Positions 28,200-38,271 of a stretch of 64,000 nt of DNA are shown here, one piece after another. Below the pieces are notes generated by a model that searched no databases, was not told where the DNA came from, and saw only the letters and a program-made list of their open reading frames with translations. The translations under genes were made by a program, and so were the position numbers. Position 1 is the first letter of the stretch, and each line of letters starts with the position of its first letter. This stretch comes from Patescibacteria group bacterium (lineage in GTDB: Bacteria; Patescibacteriota; Patescibacteriia; UBA2591; JAQUPP01), in assembly GCA_028716665.1 (NCBI GenBank), contig JAQUPP010000001.1:192467-256466 (forward strand), written 5' to 3'.

Positions 28200-29429
28200 A
28201 TGCGACAAAATAATTTTTTTACTAAAACTTCTAAAACCGATCCCAAAGATGCGGCTACCTTCAGCCATAAATTTTTGGTAAAAGCCGGTTATATCAATCA
28301 ATTAACCAGCGGCGCTTGGTCTTTATTGCCCTTGGGTTTGCGCGTTTATAAAAAAATTGAGAATATCATTCGCGAAGAAATGAATGCTCTTGGCGCGGAA
28401 GAAATTTTAATGCCTTCTCTTCAGCCTAAAGAATTATGGCTTGAAACCGGACGTTGGGATACGATTGATCCGCCTTTATTTAAAGTTAAAGATCGCCATG
28501 AAAAATGGCTGGCGCTTGGCTCAACTCATGAAGAAGTGGTTACTGACTTGGCCAGAACTTATATTGAATCTTATAAAGATCTGCCTAAAGCGGTTTATCA
28601 AATTCAAAATAAATTTCGCAATGAAATGCGTCCAACCGGCGGATTATTGAGAACCCGGGAATTTATTATGAAAGATTTATACAGTTTTCATAAATCGTCC
28701 GAAGATTTGGATGATTTTTACGAAAAAGTGAAACAAGCTTATTTTAAAATATATGATCGCTGCCAACTTAAAGCCGTGGCTGTTGAAGCTTCTTCGGGTT
28801 CAATCGGAGGCAGTATTTCAAACGAATTTATGATTTTAGCCGATTCGGGTGAAGATAAAATTTTAGTTTGTCCAAAATGCGGTTGGGGAGCGAATACGGA
28901 AATCGGCAAAGACATAACAGAGTGTCCAAAATGTTCAAGCAAGCTTGAAATGAAAAATGCCATTGAAATCAGTCATGTTTTTAAATTAAAAACAGTTTAC
29001 AGTCAAAAAATGAATTTGAATTTTACGGATAGCGACGGACAAAAAAAATTGGTAATGATGGGTTGCTACGGTATCGGTTTACAAAGATTGATGGCGACGA
29101 TTATTGAAGCTTCTCATGATCAGAATGGAATTATTTGGCCAGCTTCTGTCAGTCCGTTTGATGTTCATTTAATCGGTTTGGATCTAGACGATAAAAATAT
29201 AGCCGAACAAGCGGAAAAAATTTATAAAAAACTTTCGGAAAAATATGAAGTTCTTTTTGACGATCGGCAAGATTCCGCTGGCGCTAAATTTAAAGATGCT
29301 GATTTAATCGGTATCCCGGTCAGATTGGTTATCAGTAAAAAAACAGGAGATAAAGTGGAATACAAAGAAAGAGACAAAAAAGAATGCCAGCTATTTACAT
29401 TAGAAGAATTATTAGCTAAACTGAAATAG
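28200..29429 (+). CDS. proS: Proline--tRNA ligase (short, no editing insertion)
   Basis: THEE, KFRNEMRP.GGLLRTREF, MGCYGIG, ADLIGIP. Confidence 0.95.
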   Translation: MRQNNFFTKTSKTDPKDAATFSHKFLVKAGYINQLTSGAWSLLPLGLRVYKKIENIIREEMNALGAEEILMPSLQPKELWLETGRWDTIDPPLFKVKDRHEKWLALGSTHEEVVTDLARTYIESYKDLPKAVYQIQNKFRNEMRPTGGLLRTREFIMKDLYSFHKSSEDLDDFYEKVKQAYFKIYDRCQLKAVAVEASSGSIGGSISNEFMILADSGEDKILVCPKCGWGANTEIGKDITECPKCSSKLEMKNAIEISHVFKLKTVYSQKMNLNFTDSDGQKKLVMMGCYGIGLQRLMATIIEASHDQNGIIWPASVSPFDVHLIGLDLDDKNIAEQAEKIYKKLSEKYEVLFDDRQDSAGAKFKDADLIGIPVRLVISKKTGDKVEYKERDKKECQLFTLEELLAKLK

Positions 29430-29453
29430 TATTTTAATATCATTTAAACTAAT

Positions 29454-30491
29454 ATGTTTAAAAATTTTTTTGGAATATTTGCCAAAGACATAGGCATTGA
29501 TTTGGGCACCACCAATTTCCGCGTTTATATTCGCGGCAAGGGCTTAGTGTTCAATGAACCGTCAATTGTCGCCATTAATACCAGGAATGATCAGATTATC
29601 GCCATTGGCAGCAATGCTTTAAAAATGGTCGGCAAAGCGCCGGCTCATATTTCAATTGTCAAACCGCTGGATCACGGTATTATTTCTGATTTTGAAGTGA
29701 CGGAAAAAATGCTTAAATCAATTATTGAAAAAGTTCAAAAAGAAACCTTTACTCTTTTGCCCCGAGCGAGAGTTTTTACCACTATTCCTTTGGATGTAAC
29801 CGAAGTGGAGAAAAAATCCTTAGAGGATGTTATTCTTCAAGCCGGCGGCAGAGAAGTATTTCTGGTGGAAAGACCGATGGCCGCGGCTATTGGCGCGAGA
29901 TTGCCGATTCATGACTCAGTAGGCAGTTTAATTGTTGAATTGGGTGGAGGACTTTCGGAAATGGCCTTGATTTCTTTGCACGGAGTTGTTACTTGGAAAT
30001 CCTTGAAAATCGGCGGCGAGTCATTGAATAAAAATATTATGAATTATGCTCGAGAAAAATTTAATATTCTTTTGGGAGAACATACGACGGAAGAAGTTAA
30101 AATAAAAATCGGTTCCGCTTTTGCTCACGCGCCGCAAGAAATGAAAATTAAGGGTAGAGATTTAATAACCGGTTTGCCCAGAGAGATAATCATGACTGAC
30201 GCCCAGCTTAGAGAGGCGATGATGCCGGTTTTAAAAACTATCGCGGAAAGCATCCATGATACCATTGAAGCCACCCCGCCGGAATTGGTAGCGGATATTT
30301 ATGAAAGAGGATTGGTCTTGTCAGGTGGCGGAGCGTTGCTTCGGGGCCTGGATAAATTAATTCAAAAAAGAATTAATATTCCGATTTTTGTTACTGACGA
30401 TCCATCAACTTCCGTGATCCGAGGACTTGGTCTCATTTTGGAAGATTATGAAAATTTAAAAGATGTGATTATTCCTTCGGCAAGAGGATAA
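29454..30491 (+). CDS. mreB: Rod shape-determining protein MreB family
   Basis: IGIDLGT, PMAAAIGA, TPPELVADI, LSGGGALL. Confidence 0.93.
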   Translation: MFKNFFGIFAKDIGIDLGTTNFRVYIRGKGLVFNEPSIVAINTRNDQIIAIGSNALKMVGKAPAHISIVKPLDHGIISDFEVTEKMLKSIIEKVQKETFTLLPRARVFTTIPLDVTEVEKKSLEDVILQAGGREVFLVERPMAAAIGARLPIHDSVGSLIVELGGGLSEMALISLHGVVTWKSLKIGGESLNKNIMNYAREKFNILLGEHTTEEVKIKIGSAFAHAPQEMKIKGRDLITGLPREIIMTDAQLREAMMPVLKTIAESIHDTIEATPPELVADIYERGLVLSGGGALLRGLDKLIQKRINIPIFVTDDPSTSVIRGLGLILEDYENLKDVIIPSARG

Positions 30492-30554
30492 AATTATAAA
30501 AACAAAAAAACACCCTATTTTGGGGGTGTTTTTTTGTTTTTATAATTTAACTCT

Positions 30555-32816
30555 TTAATCCTCCAATTTCAGGGAAATTAATTTTGAAACACCGTCAACG
30601 CTGATGGTTACGCCGTAAAGAATATTGGCGGCTTCCATAGTTTGTCGATTATGAGTAATAACGATAAATTGTGTAAAGTTGCGAAGTTCATCCAATATCT
30701 GAGCGAATCTGTTTGAATTTTGTTCATCCAAGGCGGCATCAGATTCATCGATGACTACGAAAGGAGGTTTATTGATATTGATGATGGCAAAAATCAAAGC
30801 CAATGAAGTTAAAGCTCTTTCTCCACCGGACAGTGTTTCCACATTTTTTACTTTTTTTCCGGGCGGGACGGCCAAAATTTCAATTCCATTGATATTTGAT
30901 TCGGATTTTTCCTCTTCTTCAGGTTCGCTCTCTTTTTTATTTTCGTCTTCAGGATTTATTTTTTGTTCTTCATCTTTTTCTTCCAATTCTTTATCTTCTT
31001 CAAAAACTATTTTCGCTTTGCCGCCGCCGAAGAACATTTTGAAATATCTTTCAAATTCTTGATTGATTTTGGAAAAATTTTGGGTAAATTGTTCTTTTAT
31101 TTTTTTATCCAATTCTTTGATAATTAGATTGAGCGACTTGATACCTTCTTTAAGATCAATGCTTTGAGTGCTTAAGAATTCAAAATGTTCATGCACTTGC
31201 GGATATTCTTTGGTGATTTCGGGATCAATTCCGCCGATCAGTTCCAACTGGTGTTTTAAATTTTGTATTTCTTCAAAAGGCATAGTAACTTCCTGATTTA
31301 CGGCCTCATCGGCGACAGATAAATTTTGAGGATCTATTTTCATTTCATTTTTTATTTCTTCCAAAAGAGTGTCCTTTTTTGTTTCTACGCGGGCCAAATT
31401 GATTTGAAATTCATTGATTTTGTGGTTAATAACATTTAATTCTAATTGTTGATCTTGGATTTTTCTCTGCCATTCAAGCAGTTTTGTTCTTTTTTGGCGT
31501 TCATTTTCCGTGAAAAGGCCAAGCTCTTGATTAATCTCGCTTAATTTTTTATTTAAATCGCTTATTTGTTGATCCAGCTCATCTTTTTCTTTTTGAATTT
31601 TTTCTACTTCATTTTCATTGGGGAGATTAGTAATAAGCTGCGGGCGCTGGAAATATTCAAAAAGATGATTTATTTTTTTGGAAACATCTTGGGCTAGATT
31701 TTTTATTTTTTCCAAATCTTCGGTCAATGAAATTTGATTTAAATTTTGCAGGAATTTTTCGTAAAGCGCGCCGATATCTTTCAGCTCGCTGAATATTTTT
31801 TCCGGATCGCCGGCAAACTTTGTTTTTTGATGAGTAAGCTGAACCTGTTTTCTTTTTTCTTCTTCAAAATATATTTTAGCTTTCAAGGTTGACTGCTTGT
31901 TGAATAATTCGTCTTTAAGTTCCAGAATTTTCTGATAATCTTTTTGCAGATTTTGATACTTATCGTCAGTTTCTTCATAGACCAGATTTTCCGATTCTTT
32001 CTGCATTTCTGATAATTTTTTTTCTATGATTTTTTGGCCTTCCGATTCCTGTTTGATTTCTTTATTAATTTCAATAATTTGTTCGTCCAGGCCTTGAAGT
32101 ATCGATCCGTAATATTTTTTTTGCAAATTTTGCAATTGAGCTTCTATTTCTTGGCGTTTTTCCAATCTTTTAATTTGGCGTGTTAATGATTTCATCCGCG
32201 GTTCAATTTCCGCCAAAGCGATTTCTGCTTGTTTCAAATTTTCTTCAGATTTTTCTATTTTTCTCGCCGCTTCGTCTCTTTTAATTTGATATTGCCTGAT
32301 ACCGGTTGCTTCGTCAAAGAATTTTTTTCTTTCCATGGGAGAGGCCTGCAAAACTTGGTCAACCATTCCTTGACTGATAATACTGTAACTTTTTTGTCCA
32401 AAATTCGCTCTGGCCAGAAGCATCAAAATATCCTGTAACCGAACTTTGCTTTTGTTGATTAAATATTCTCCTTCGCCGCTTCTGTAAATTCGGCGGGTAA
32501 TGGTGAATTCTTTATAATCTATTGGCGTCAAGCCGTCTTCATTATTAAAAAAGAGGCTTACTTCAGCCACGTTAAGACGCAATTTTTTATCAGAACCGGA
32601 GAAAATCACATCTTCGGATGTTTTTCCGCGTAATGATTTTATGCTTTGTTCGCCCAATGCCCATCTGATTCCGTCGCCGATATTTGATTTTCCGCTGCCA
32701 TTCGGACCGACAATTGAAGTAATGCTGAATTTATCTCCTTCGGGCGGAGCAAATTCCAAAACCGTCCTTTGAGCAAAGGATTTAAAGCCGATTAATTCTA
32801 CTCGTTTGAGATACAT
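30555..32816 (-). CDS. smc: Short SMC-family ATPase
   Basis: GFKSFA, GPNGSGKSN, LSGGE, IDESDAALD; only 753 aa. Confidence 0.88.
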   Translation of the reverse strand: MYLKRVELIGFKSFAQRTVLEFAPPEGDKFSITSIVGPNGSGKSNIGDGIRWALGEQSIKSLRGKTSEDVIFSGSDKKLRLNVAEVSLFFNNEDGLTPIDYKEFTITRRIYRSGEGEYLINKSKVRLQDILMLLARANFGQKSYSIISQGMVDQVLQASPMERKKFFDEATGIRQYQIKRDEAARKIEKSEENLKQAEIALAEIEPRMKSLTRQIKRLEKRQEIEAQLQNLQKKYYGSILQGLDEQIIEINKEIKQESEGQKIIEKKLSEMQKESENLVYEETDDKYQNLQKDYQKILELKDELFNKQSTLKAKIYFEEEKRKQVQLTHQKTKFAGDPEKIFSELKDIGALYEKFLQNLNQISLTEDLEKIKNLAQDVSKKINHLFEYFQRPQLITNLPNENEVEKIQKEKDELDQQISDLNKKLSEINQELGLFTENERQKRTKLLEWQRKIQDQQLELNVINHKINEFQINLARVETKKDTLLEEIKNEMKIDPQNLSVADEAVNQEVTMPFEEIQNLKHQLELIGGIDPEITKEYPQVHEHFEFLSTQSIDLKEGIKSLNLIIKELDKKIKEQFTQNFSKINQEFERYFKMFFGGGKAKIVFEEDKELEEKDEEQKINPEDENKKESEPEEEEKSESNINGIEILAVPPGKKVKNVETLSGGERALTSLALIFAIININKPPFVVIDESDAALDEQNSNRFAQILDELRNFTQFIVITHNRQTMEAANILYGVTISVDGVSKLISLKLED

Positions 32817-32817
32817 A

Positions 32818-32945
32818 CCAGGTAGTAGAACTTTGACAGGTATTTTTTACTATCAAAATTCTAAAATTAGTTTGATTATTGTTAAATTTTACTTTTTTAT
32901 GCCGGTATAACCCTCTAAAATTTAAGTCAAAGTTTCACTACCTGG
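32818..32945. mobile_element. MITE (128 bp) inserted at the smc start codon
   Basis: TIRs ccaggtagtagaactttgac / gtcaaagtttcactacctgg (18/20); CATA duplicated at 32814-32817 and 32946-32949. Confidence 0.85.
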
Positions 32946-33034
32946 CATACTCGTTATTTTAGCAGATTTATTTTTTTTGTCTATTAAAAAAGGAGTCATA
33001 TTTGATTTTTATGACTCCTTTTCTGTTTTTAATT

Positions 33035-33454
33035 TTATGACCACTCCCTCTTTATGATCTCAATAATTTCTTTATCAGATCTGTCTCCAAAAAGAGAAAA
33101 CCAGTCCTGTTTGAGAAGATCATTATTTCTGATAAAAAAATTTCTGTTATTCACTCTGAACGCCCTTATTACTTCGTTAGGCGTCCAATTCAGAAAAATT
33201 CTGTGCCAAGCTTTATGAACCCAATCAACCACTTCTTTTCGATTGCCTTCTTCGTTTACGCCGCCTCTGGAACGAGGAATTTTATGGTGAGTAGTGGTTC
33301 TGCTGTCATGTTTTATTTTAGATTTGATGCGATTTTTGTGTTTAAGATTATGGGGGTATTCTTCAAATCTCCATCCTAAATGTTTTTTCGAGTGTTTGGG
33401 GCGTTCACGATTAGGGTGTTTATGGCGTTTCTTGTGCCTATGCTTAAATGGCAT
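33035..33454 (-). CDS. Small basic HNH-motif protein
   Basis: THHKIPRSRGG...N.......H..WH..F. Confidence 0.6.
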   Translation of the reverse strand: MPFKHRHKKRHKHPNRERPKHSKKHLGWRFEEYPHNLKHKNRIKSKIKHDSRTTTHHKIPRSRGGVNEEGNRKEVVDWVHKAWHRIFLNWTPNEVIRAFRVNNRNFFIRNNDLLKQDWFSLFGDRSDKEIIEIIKREWS

Positions 33455-33525
33455 TTTCCCTCCCTGTCTGCCGATAGCAGGCTTTTTTTAAACGAACTTT
33501 AATTAAGTTTAATTTAGCAAATTTT

Positions 33526-34269
33526 TTACTTTTTGTCAAATCCTTTTTTCAGGGCATTATGAGCCGCATCAACTTCCGCTTCTTGTTTGCTTTGTCCTTT
33601 GCCAATGGCAATCATTTCCGTGTTTAAAAAAACGCCAACCGTAAATATTTTTGCGTGAGCCGGACCGATTTCTTCAATCACTTTGTAGCTAGGCGTAATT
33701 TTTAATTTTCCTTGAGCGATTTCCTGTAATTCGCTTTTGGGATCTTTATATAATTGATTTTTAACAATAAAACTCAGTTGAGTTAATAAAACTCGGTAAA
33801 TGAATTTTTCCGCCACTTCAAATCCTTGGTCTAAATAAATAGCCCCGATAAGGGCTTCAAAGGCGTCGGCTAAAATAATTTCTTTTGATTTTCCCGTGGA
33901 ACCGGTTTCTCCTTTTGAGAGAAAAAGATAATGGTCAAGTTTTATTTCTGAGGCGACTTTTGACAAAGTTTTGGCGTTAACCAAGCTTGAACGAAAAACC
34001 GTCAATTCTCCTTCTGGATTCGGGAAATTATTAAAAAGATATTTTGTCACAATCAGCTCAATTACCGCATCACCCAAAAATTCAAACCTTTCATTATGGG
34101 AAACAATGAATCGGGGATGTTCATTTAAAAAAGAGCGATGTATTAAAGATTGAAGAAGCAAATTCTTATTTTTGAATTTAATTTTAATGACTTGTTCAAG
34201 GGGTAGCATTCTTTTGATTTCGGGAAGAAAAGGAATTTCTTTGATTTTTTTTTGAATTTTAAACATCAT
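33526..34269 (-). CDS. rnc: Ribonuclease III
   Basis: HNERFEFLGDAV, ADAFEALIGAIYLD, dsRBD; start moved to just after the nusB stop (uncertain). Confidence 0.93.
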   Translation of the reverse strand: MMFKIQKKIKEIPFLPEIKRMLPLEQVIKIKFKNKNLLLQSLIHRSFLNEHPRFIVSHNERFEFLGDAVIELIVTKYLFNNFPNPEGELTVFRSSLVNAKTLSKVASEIKLDHYLFLSKGETGSTGKSKEIILADAFEALIGAIYLDQGFEVAEKFIYRVLLTQLSFIVKNQLYKDPKSELQEIAQGKLKITPSYKVIEEIGPAHAKIFTVGVFLNTEMIAIGKGQSKQEAEVDAAHNALKKGFDKK

Positions 34270-34270
34270 A

Positions 34271-34732
34271 CTATTTGGTTTTATCGGAATTTTTCGGCTT
34301 GGTTTCTTTTTCAATGTCTTCAAAAATCGCTCCCAGAACTCCGTTGACGAATTTACTGGAAGTGGCGCCGCCGAAACTTTTGGCAATTTCTATGGCTTCG
34401 TTAATCGCCACTTTTGGCGGAATTTCTTTTAAAATCGCCAATTCCAAAATACCCAACCTGAGTATATTTCTGTCAACCAAGGTTATCTGGTCAATCGGCC
34501 ATTGAGGAGCGTATTTCTGAATATACGAATCAATTTTTTCCAAATTATCCGTGATTTTGGCAATCAAACTTTCGGTAAATTCTTTTCCTTCAAAATTTTC
34601 CGGAGCGAATTCTTTTAAATTTCTTTTTGTAATTTCTTCAATACTAACTTTGGTTTTAACGACAGATTTGTTAAAATCCCATTCGGTTAAAGTTTGGAGC
34701 GCAATAGTTCTGGCTAAATGTCTTTGAGCCAT
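34271..34732 (-). CDS. nusB: Transcription antitermination factor NusB
   Basis: [32 protein letters not shown]. Confidence 0.95.
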   Translation of the reverse strand: MAQRHLARTIALQTLTEWDFNKSVVKTKVSIEEITKRNLKEFAPENFEGKEFTESLIAKITDNLEKIDSYIQKYAPQWPIDQITLVDRNILRLGILELAILKEIPPKVAINEAIEIAKSFGGATSSKFVNGVLGAIFEDIEKETKPKNSDKTK

Positions 34733-34799
34733 AAGAAAATTATTTAATTTTTAGGTCCGCCAACTGGCGGAGAAGAAAATTTAGGCGAGACAAAACCAT

Positions 34800-35000
34800 T
34801 TATTTCTTACCCTTTTTCGCCTTTGTTTTTTGAGCAATAATTTCTTTCTTATTATAACAGCCGCAAAATGGGCAAATACAATGCGGTTTTATAGATTTTT
34901 TACAGGAAGAACATTTGCTGAGATTGTTCTTTTTAAGGCGATATTGATATTGTTTAACTCCTTTTCTGCTTTTAGATCTTTTTCTATTTGGAAGTGCCAT
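34800..35000 (-). CDS. rpmF: 50S ribosomal protein L32
   Basis: MALP..KRSKSR, CSSC..PHCICPFCG. Confidence 0.9.
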   Translation of the reverse strand: MALPNRKRSKSRKGVKQYQYRLKKNNLSKCSSCKKSIKPHCICPFCGCYNKKEIIAQKTKAKKGKK

Positions 35001-35120
35001 AAATTTAAAGATTAGATTAATAATTTAAAATGTAAAATGATTTTACCATATTTTGATTTTTTTGGCAAGGATATTTTGAGGATAGAGTAGAAATGATAGA
35101 AAAATATTAGTCCAACATTG

Positions 35121-35156
35121 AGATACTAAATATAACGGCCGTTACTTTTAGTATCT
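35121..35156. promoter_or_regulatory. 36-bp palindrome, putative operator
   Basis: agatactaaatataacggccgttacttttagtatct; 20 bp recur (inverted) at 35716-35735. Confidence 0.65.
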
Positions 35157-35188
35157 AAGTGATTTATTGGTTATTGTCGGATTTTTAC

Positions 35189-35704
35189 CTAAACCTTTTC
35201 AGCAACAAAGAATTTTATATATTTATTCAAGCCAAAATTTTCTATTAAGACTTTTATTTCCTCTAGAATATCGTATTGAGTTATCCAGACACTCTGTTGA
35301 ATTTGTTCAAACCCTAATTCTTTTAAATGTCGCCGGAACAAATCTCGTCTAAATCTTGTTTTCTCGGGGATGTCAAAAATTAAGACAAAATATTTCTTTT
35401 TTATTTTTTGTTTTGTCTCAATTTTCTTTTTTATTTTTAGCTCTAATAATTTATTCATACCCTTGGCAGTCAAAAAGTATTCATCCTTCTCATTCTTTTT
35501 TAAGAGTCCAGAGTGGATAAGATGTTTAATGGCTTTTTTGATACTTTTTTTATCCCATTCGTCAATCAGTTCTTCTGATAATTTTTGGTAATTAAATAGG
35601 GTGGGCCGAACTGATGGTGCTAACAAAAGATATTTAGAGAATAGTTTTAGTCCCGATAATTTTTCCAAAAATTGTTCTGTTAAAAATTTTTTAATTTTTT
35701 TCAT
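35189..35704 (-). CDS. PaaX-like wHTH plus Cas2-like ferredoxin-fold protein
   Basis: L...GLL.....YFLT.KG wHTH; LIFDIPEK..RD.FR..LK.LGF..IQQSVW; start reassigned to 35704 after TTGACA-16-TATACT. Confidence 0.8.
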   Translation of the reverse strand: MKKIKKFLTEQFLEKLSGLKLFSKYLLLAPSVRPTLFNYQKLSEELIDEWDKKSIKKAIKHLIHSGLLKKNEKDEYFLTAKGMNKLLELKIKKKIETKQKIKKKYFVLIFDIPEKTRFRRDLFRRHLKELGFEQIQQSVWITQYDILEEIKVLIENFGLNKYIKFFVAEKV

Positions 35705-35871
35705 ATGATATAAGTATACTAAAAGTAACGGCCGTGTCAAATGATAACCAATGATAATTGGATAATCAGGTGATAATTGGGTATTGACATTTTTCAAAAA
35801 ATATGATATTTTAATAACAACCAAACAATTGGTTTGGGGATAATAGCACTTTTAAAAATAGGAGGTGTGCG

Positions 35872-36594
35872 ATGAAAAACATCGTGAACCAAAAAATGTC
35901 ACGAGGCCAAGGCAATGAGATTTTAAATAAACTCGAAGCTGCGGGTCTTGATGGTAAGCTTGCCCAGAAAATTATTGATTCAAAGGGCAATAAACTGGGG
36001 AAGGAGATAGTTGATTTGGTCGCTCTCAGTGGTAGCAAAGGAGTATTGGTATCACAGGCATCCTCAGAAGTTAAAGTCAGGGAAACTCAAATAAAGCGTT
36101 TACTTGAATGTAATGTTCATAAGGCGCTTAATATGAGTGAAGAAGAATTCAGAAATAGAGTTCCTCTCCCTGAGAACCGCCCCAATGCGTTACTGATTAT
36201 TGACATACTTGATTGTGAAAAAGGAATGAAATGCGCCAATGGTATAAACCGTCTTAGTCTCGCTGAACTTGAAGATGTGGTTATACTACGAAAATTGGCA
36301 TTCTATTGGATCTATGAAGTTGAAAACGGAAAAAAGATGTTAGGCAAGAGCCCTGATCAATGCGTTGAGATATTTAAAAAACAAGGACGCAGAGGGCTTA
36401 CTGCAAGAGAGGGTTGTTTCCTGTTGATTCAGAATCCGTATGTTTTGGAAGATCACTTTATAGATCTTCCCGGCTCTCGCTATGACTCCGGCTTCGTGCC
36501 TTGCCTCGACCTCGATGTCGGCAGGCCTGAGCTGGATTCCCGCTATTCCTTCTATTCTTACTCTCGCTATGGTTCGGCTTCTTGCGGGAGTTAG
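35872..36594 (+). CDS. DUF5701-like/CLec-like protein, candidate DGR target
   Basis: GR.GLT..EG, GSR....VP, C-terminal GSASCG; A-depleted 3' end. Confidence 0.6.
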   Translation: MKNIVNQKMSRGQGNEILNKLEAAGLDGKLAQKIIDSKGNKLGKEIVDLVALSGSKGVLVSQASSEVKVRETQIKRLLECNVHKALNMSEEEFRNRVPLPENRPNALLIIDILDCEKGMKCANGINRLSLAELEDVVILRKLAFYWIYEVENGKKMLGKSPDQCVEIFKKQGRRGLTAREGCFLLIQNPYVLEDHFIDLPGSRYDSGFVPCLDLDVGRPELDSRYSFYSYSRYGSASCGS

Positions 36595-36786
36595 GAAACT
36601 CGGTTCTCGGTATTTGGAAACTTGGAAATTAATTATTCCCCCAACACAAAGTGTCGGGGGAATTTATTTTTTTCTAAAATTAAAAAGTTATTAACAGGTT
36701 TTCCGCAGGTTATAAACTTACGATATATAGACAGCTATATTATAATAATACATAAGATTTAAATTAAATTATTTTTTTTAAAACAA

Positions 36787-38169
36787 ATGGAAACATTAGA
36801 TAAAAATCAACTTTGGCAAATAGTATTGGGTGATTTGGAATTGTCAATTTCAAAAGCCAATTTTAAAACTTGGCTTCAGAACACCCGCATTTCTCAAATA
36901 GAAGATAATGGAGAAACGGTAATTGTCAGCGTTCCGAATACTTTTACTCAAACTTGGCTGGAAAGAAAATATCATCGCGATATTTTAAAATCTCTTCAAG
37001 GAGCCACGGATGATAAAGTGAAAAAAGTTATTTATCGGGTGGAAACATCTCAATCAATAAAACCCAGTCAGCCATTGGCGATAGAATTGGAAGAACTGAA
37101 AGAAATCAGCACTCAAAAAGAATCGGAAACAAAAAATGAAACAAACAGCCATGGATTAAATCCAAAATATACTTTTGAAACTTTCATTGTCGGTTCAGGA
37201 AATGAATTGGCGAACGCGGCCAGTTTGGCGGCAGCAGGCCAACCGGGCAAAAAATACAATCCGCTTTTTATTTACGGCGGAGTCGGTTTGGGCAAGACTC
37301 ATCTTTTGCAAGCCATCGGTCATGTTATTTTGAAAAAAAATCCCAAAGTGAAATTTCTTTACACCAATGCCGAAAAATTCACCAATGAATTTATTCAGGC
37401 GGTGGGAAACGGATCAATGGATAAGTTCAGAAAAAATTATCGCAATTTGGATATTCTCTTGATAGATGATTTTCAATTTATGGCCGGCAAGGAAAGAACT
37501 CAAGAAGAATTTTTTCATACTTTCAATACTTTGTATCAAGACGGCCGTCAAATTGTCATAACTTCCGATCGGCCTCCCAAAGCCATCCCGGCCTTGGAAG
37601 ACAGATTAACTTCCCGCTTGGAATGGGGATTGATTGCCGATATTAACCCGCCGGACTTGGAAACAAGACTTGCCATTTTAAAAGCAAAATGCCAAGAAAA
37701 AAAATATGGCTTAAGCGAAGACGTCCTTCAATATTTGGCGGCTCAAATTCAAAGCAATATTCGTGAACTTGAAGGAGCTTTGAATAAAATCATGGCTTAT
37801 CATGAGCTTCATAAAATAGAATTGGATTTGCCGACGGTTAAAAATATTTTAGTCAGCTTAACCACTCAGCCCAAAAAGAGTTTTCTCCAACCCAAGCAAA
37901 TTATTGAAGCAGTGGCCAATTTTTACGGAATCAGAGTTGATGAAGTAACCGGCGATTCCCGCAAAAGAGAGTTGGTTGTTCCTCGCCAAATTTCAATGTT
38001 CTTAATGAGAGAAGAAATAGATGCGTCTTTTCCTTTAATCGGCAAGGCATTGGGTAATCGCGATCATACCACAGCCATGCACGCATACAGCAAAATCAAA
38101 CAAAGCGTTGCTGAAGGCGGAAGAGTCAAACAAGAAATAGATTTAATCAAACAAAGACTTTATAACTAA
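36787..38169 (+). CDS. dnaA: Chromosomal replication initiator DnaA
   Basis: YNPLFIYGGVGLGKTHL, IDDFQF, NIRELEGAL, RDHTT. Confidence 0.97.
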   Translation: METLDKNQLWQIVLGDLELSISKANFKTWLQNTRISQIEDNGETVIVSVPNTFTQTWLERKYHRDILKSLQGATDDKVKKVIYRVETSQSIKPSQPLAIELEELKEISTQKESETKNETNSHGLNPKYTFETFIVGSGNELANAASLAAAGQPGKKYNPLFIYGGVGLGKTHLLQAIGHVILKKNPKVKFLYTNAEKFTNEFIQAVGNGSMDKFRKNYRNLDILLIDDFQFMAGKERTQEEFFHTFNTLYQDGRQIVITSDRPPKAIPALEDRLTSRLEWGLIADINPPDLETRLAILKAKCQEKKYGLSEDVLQYLAAQIQSNIRELEGALNKIMAYHELHKIELDLPTVKNILVSLTTQPKKSFLQPKQIIEAVANFYGIRVDEVTGDSRKRELVVPRQISMFLMREEIDASFPLIGKALGNRDHTTAMHAYSKIKQSVAEGGRVKQEIDLIKQRLYN

Positions 38170-38271
38170 AAAGCTTTGTTGAAAATTATAGTTAGAAATT
38201 TAATCCGCCTTTTGGGCGGATTAAATTTTAGTATTGTCAGGTTTGGAAAACAATGTTAAACTGTAATTAAT

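Noticed and set aside
35189-35704. Cas2 / CRISPR locus
   Set aside because: The Cas2-like fold is fused to a wHTH (PaaX-like); there is no cas1 or array.
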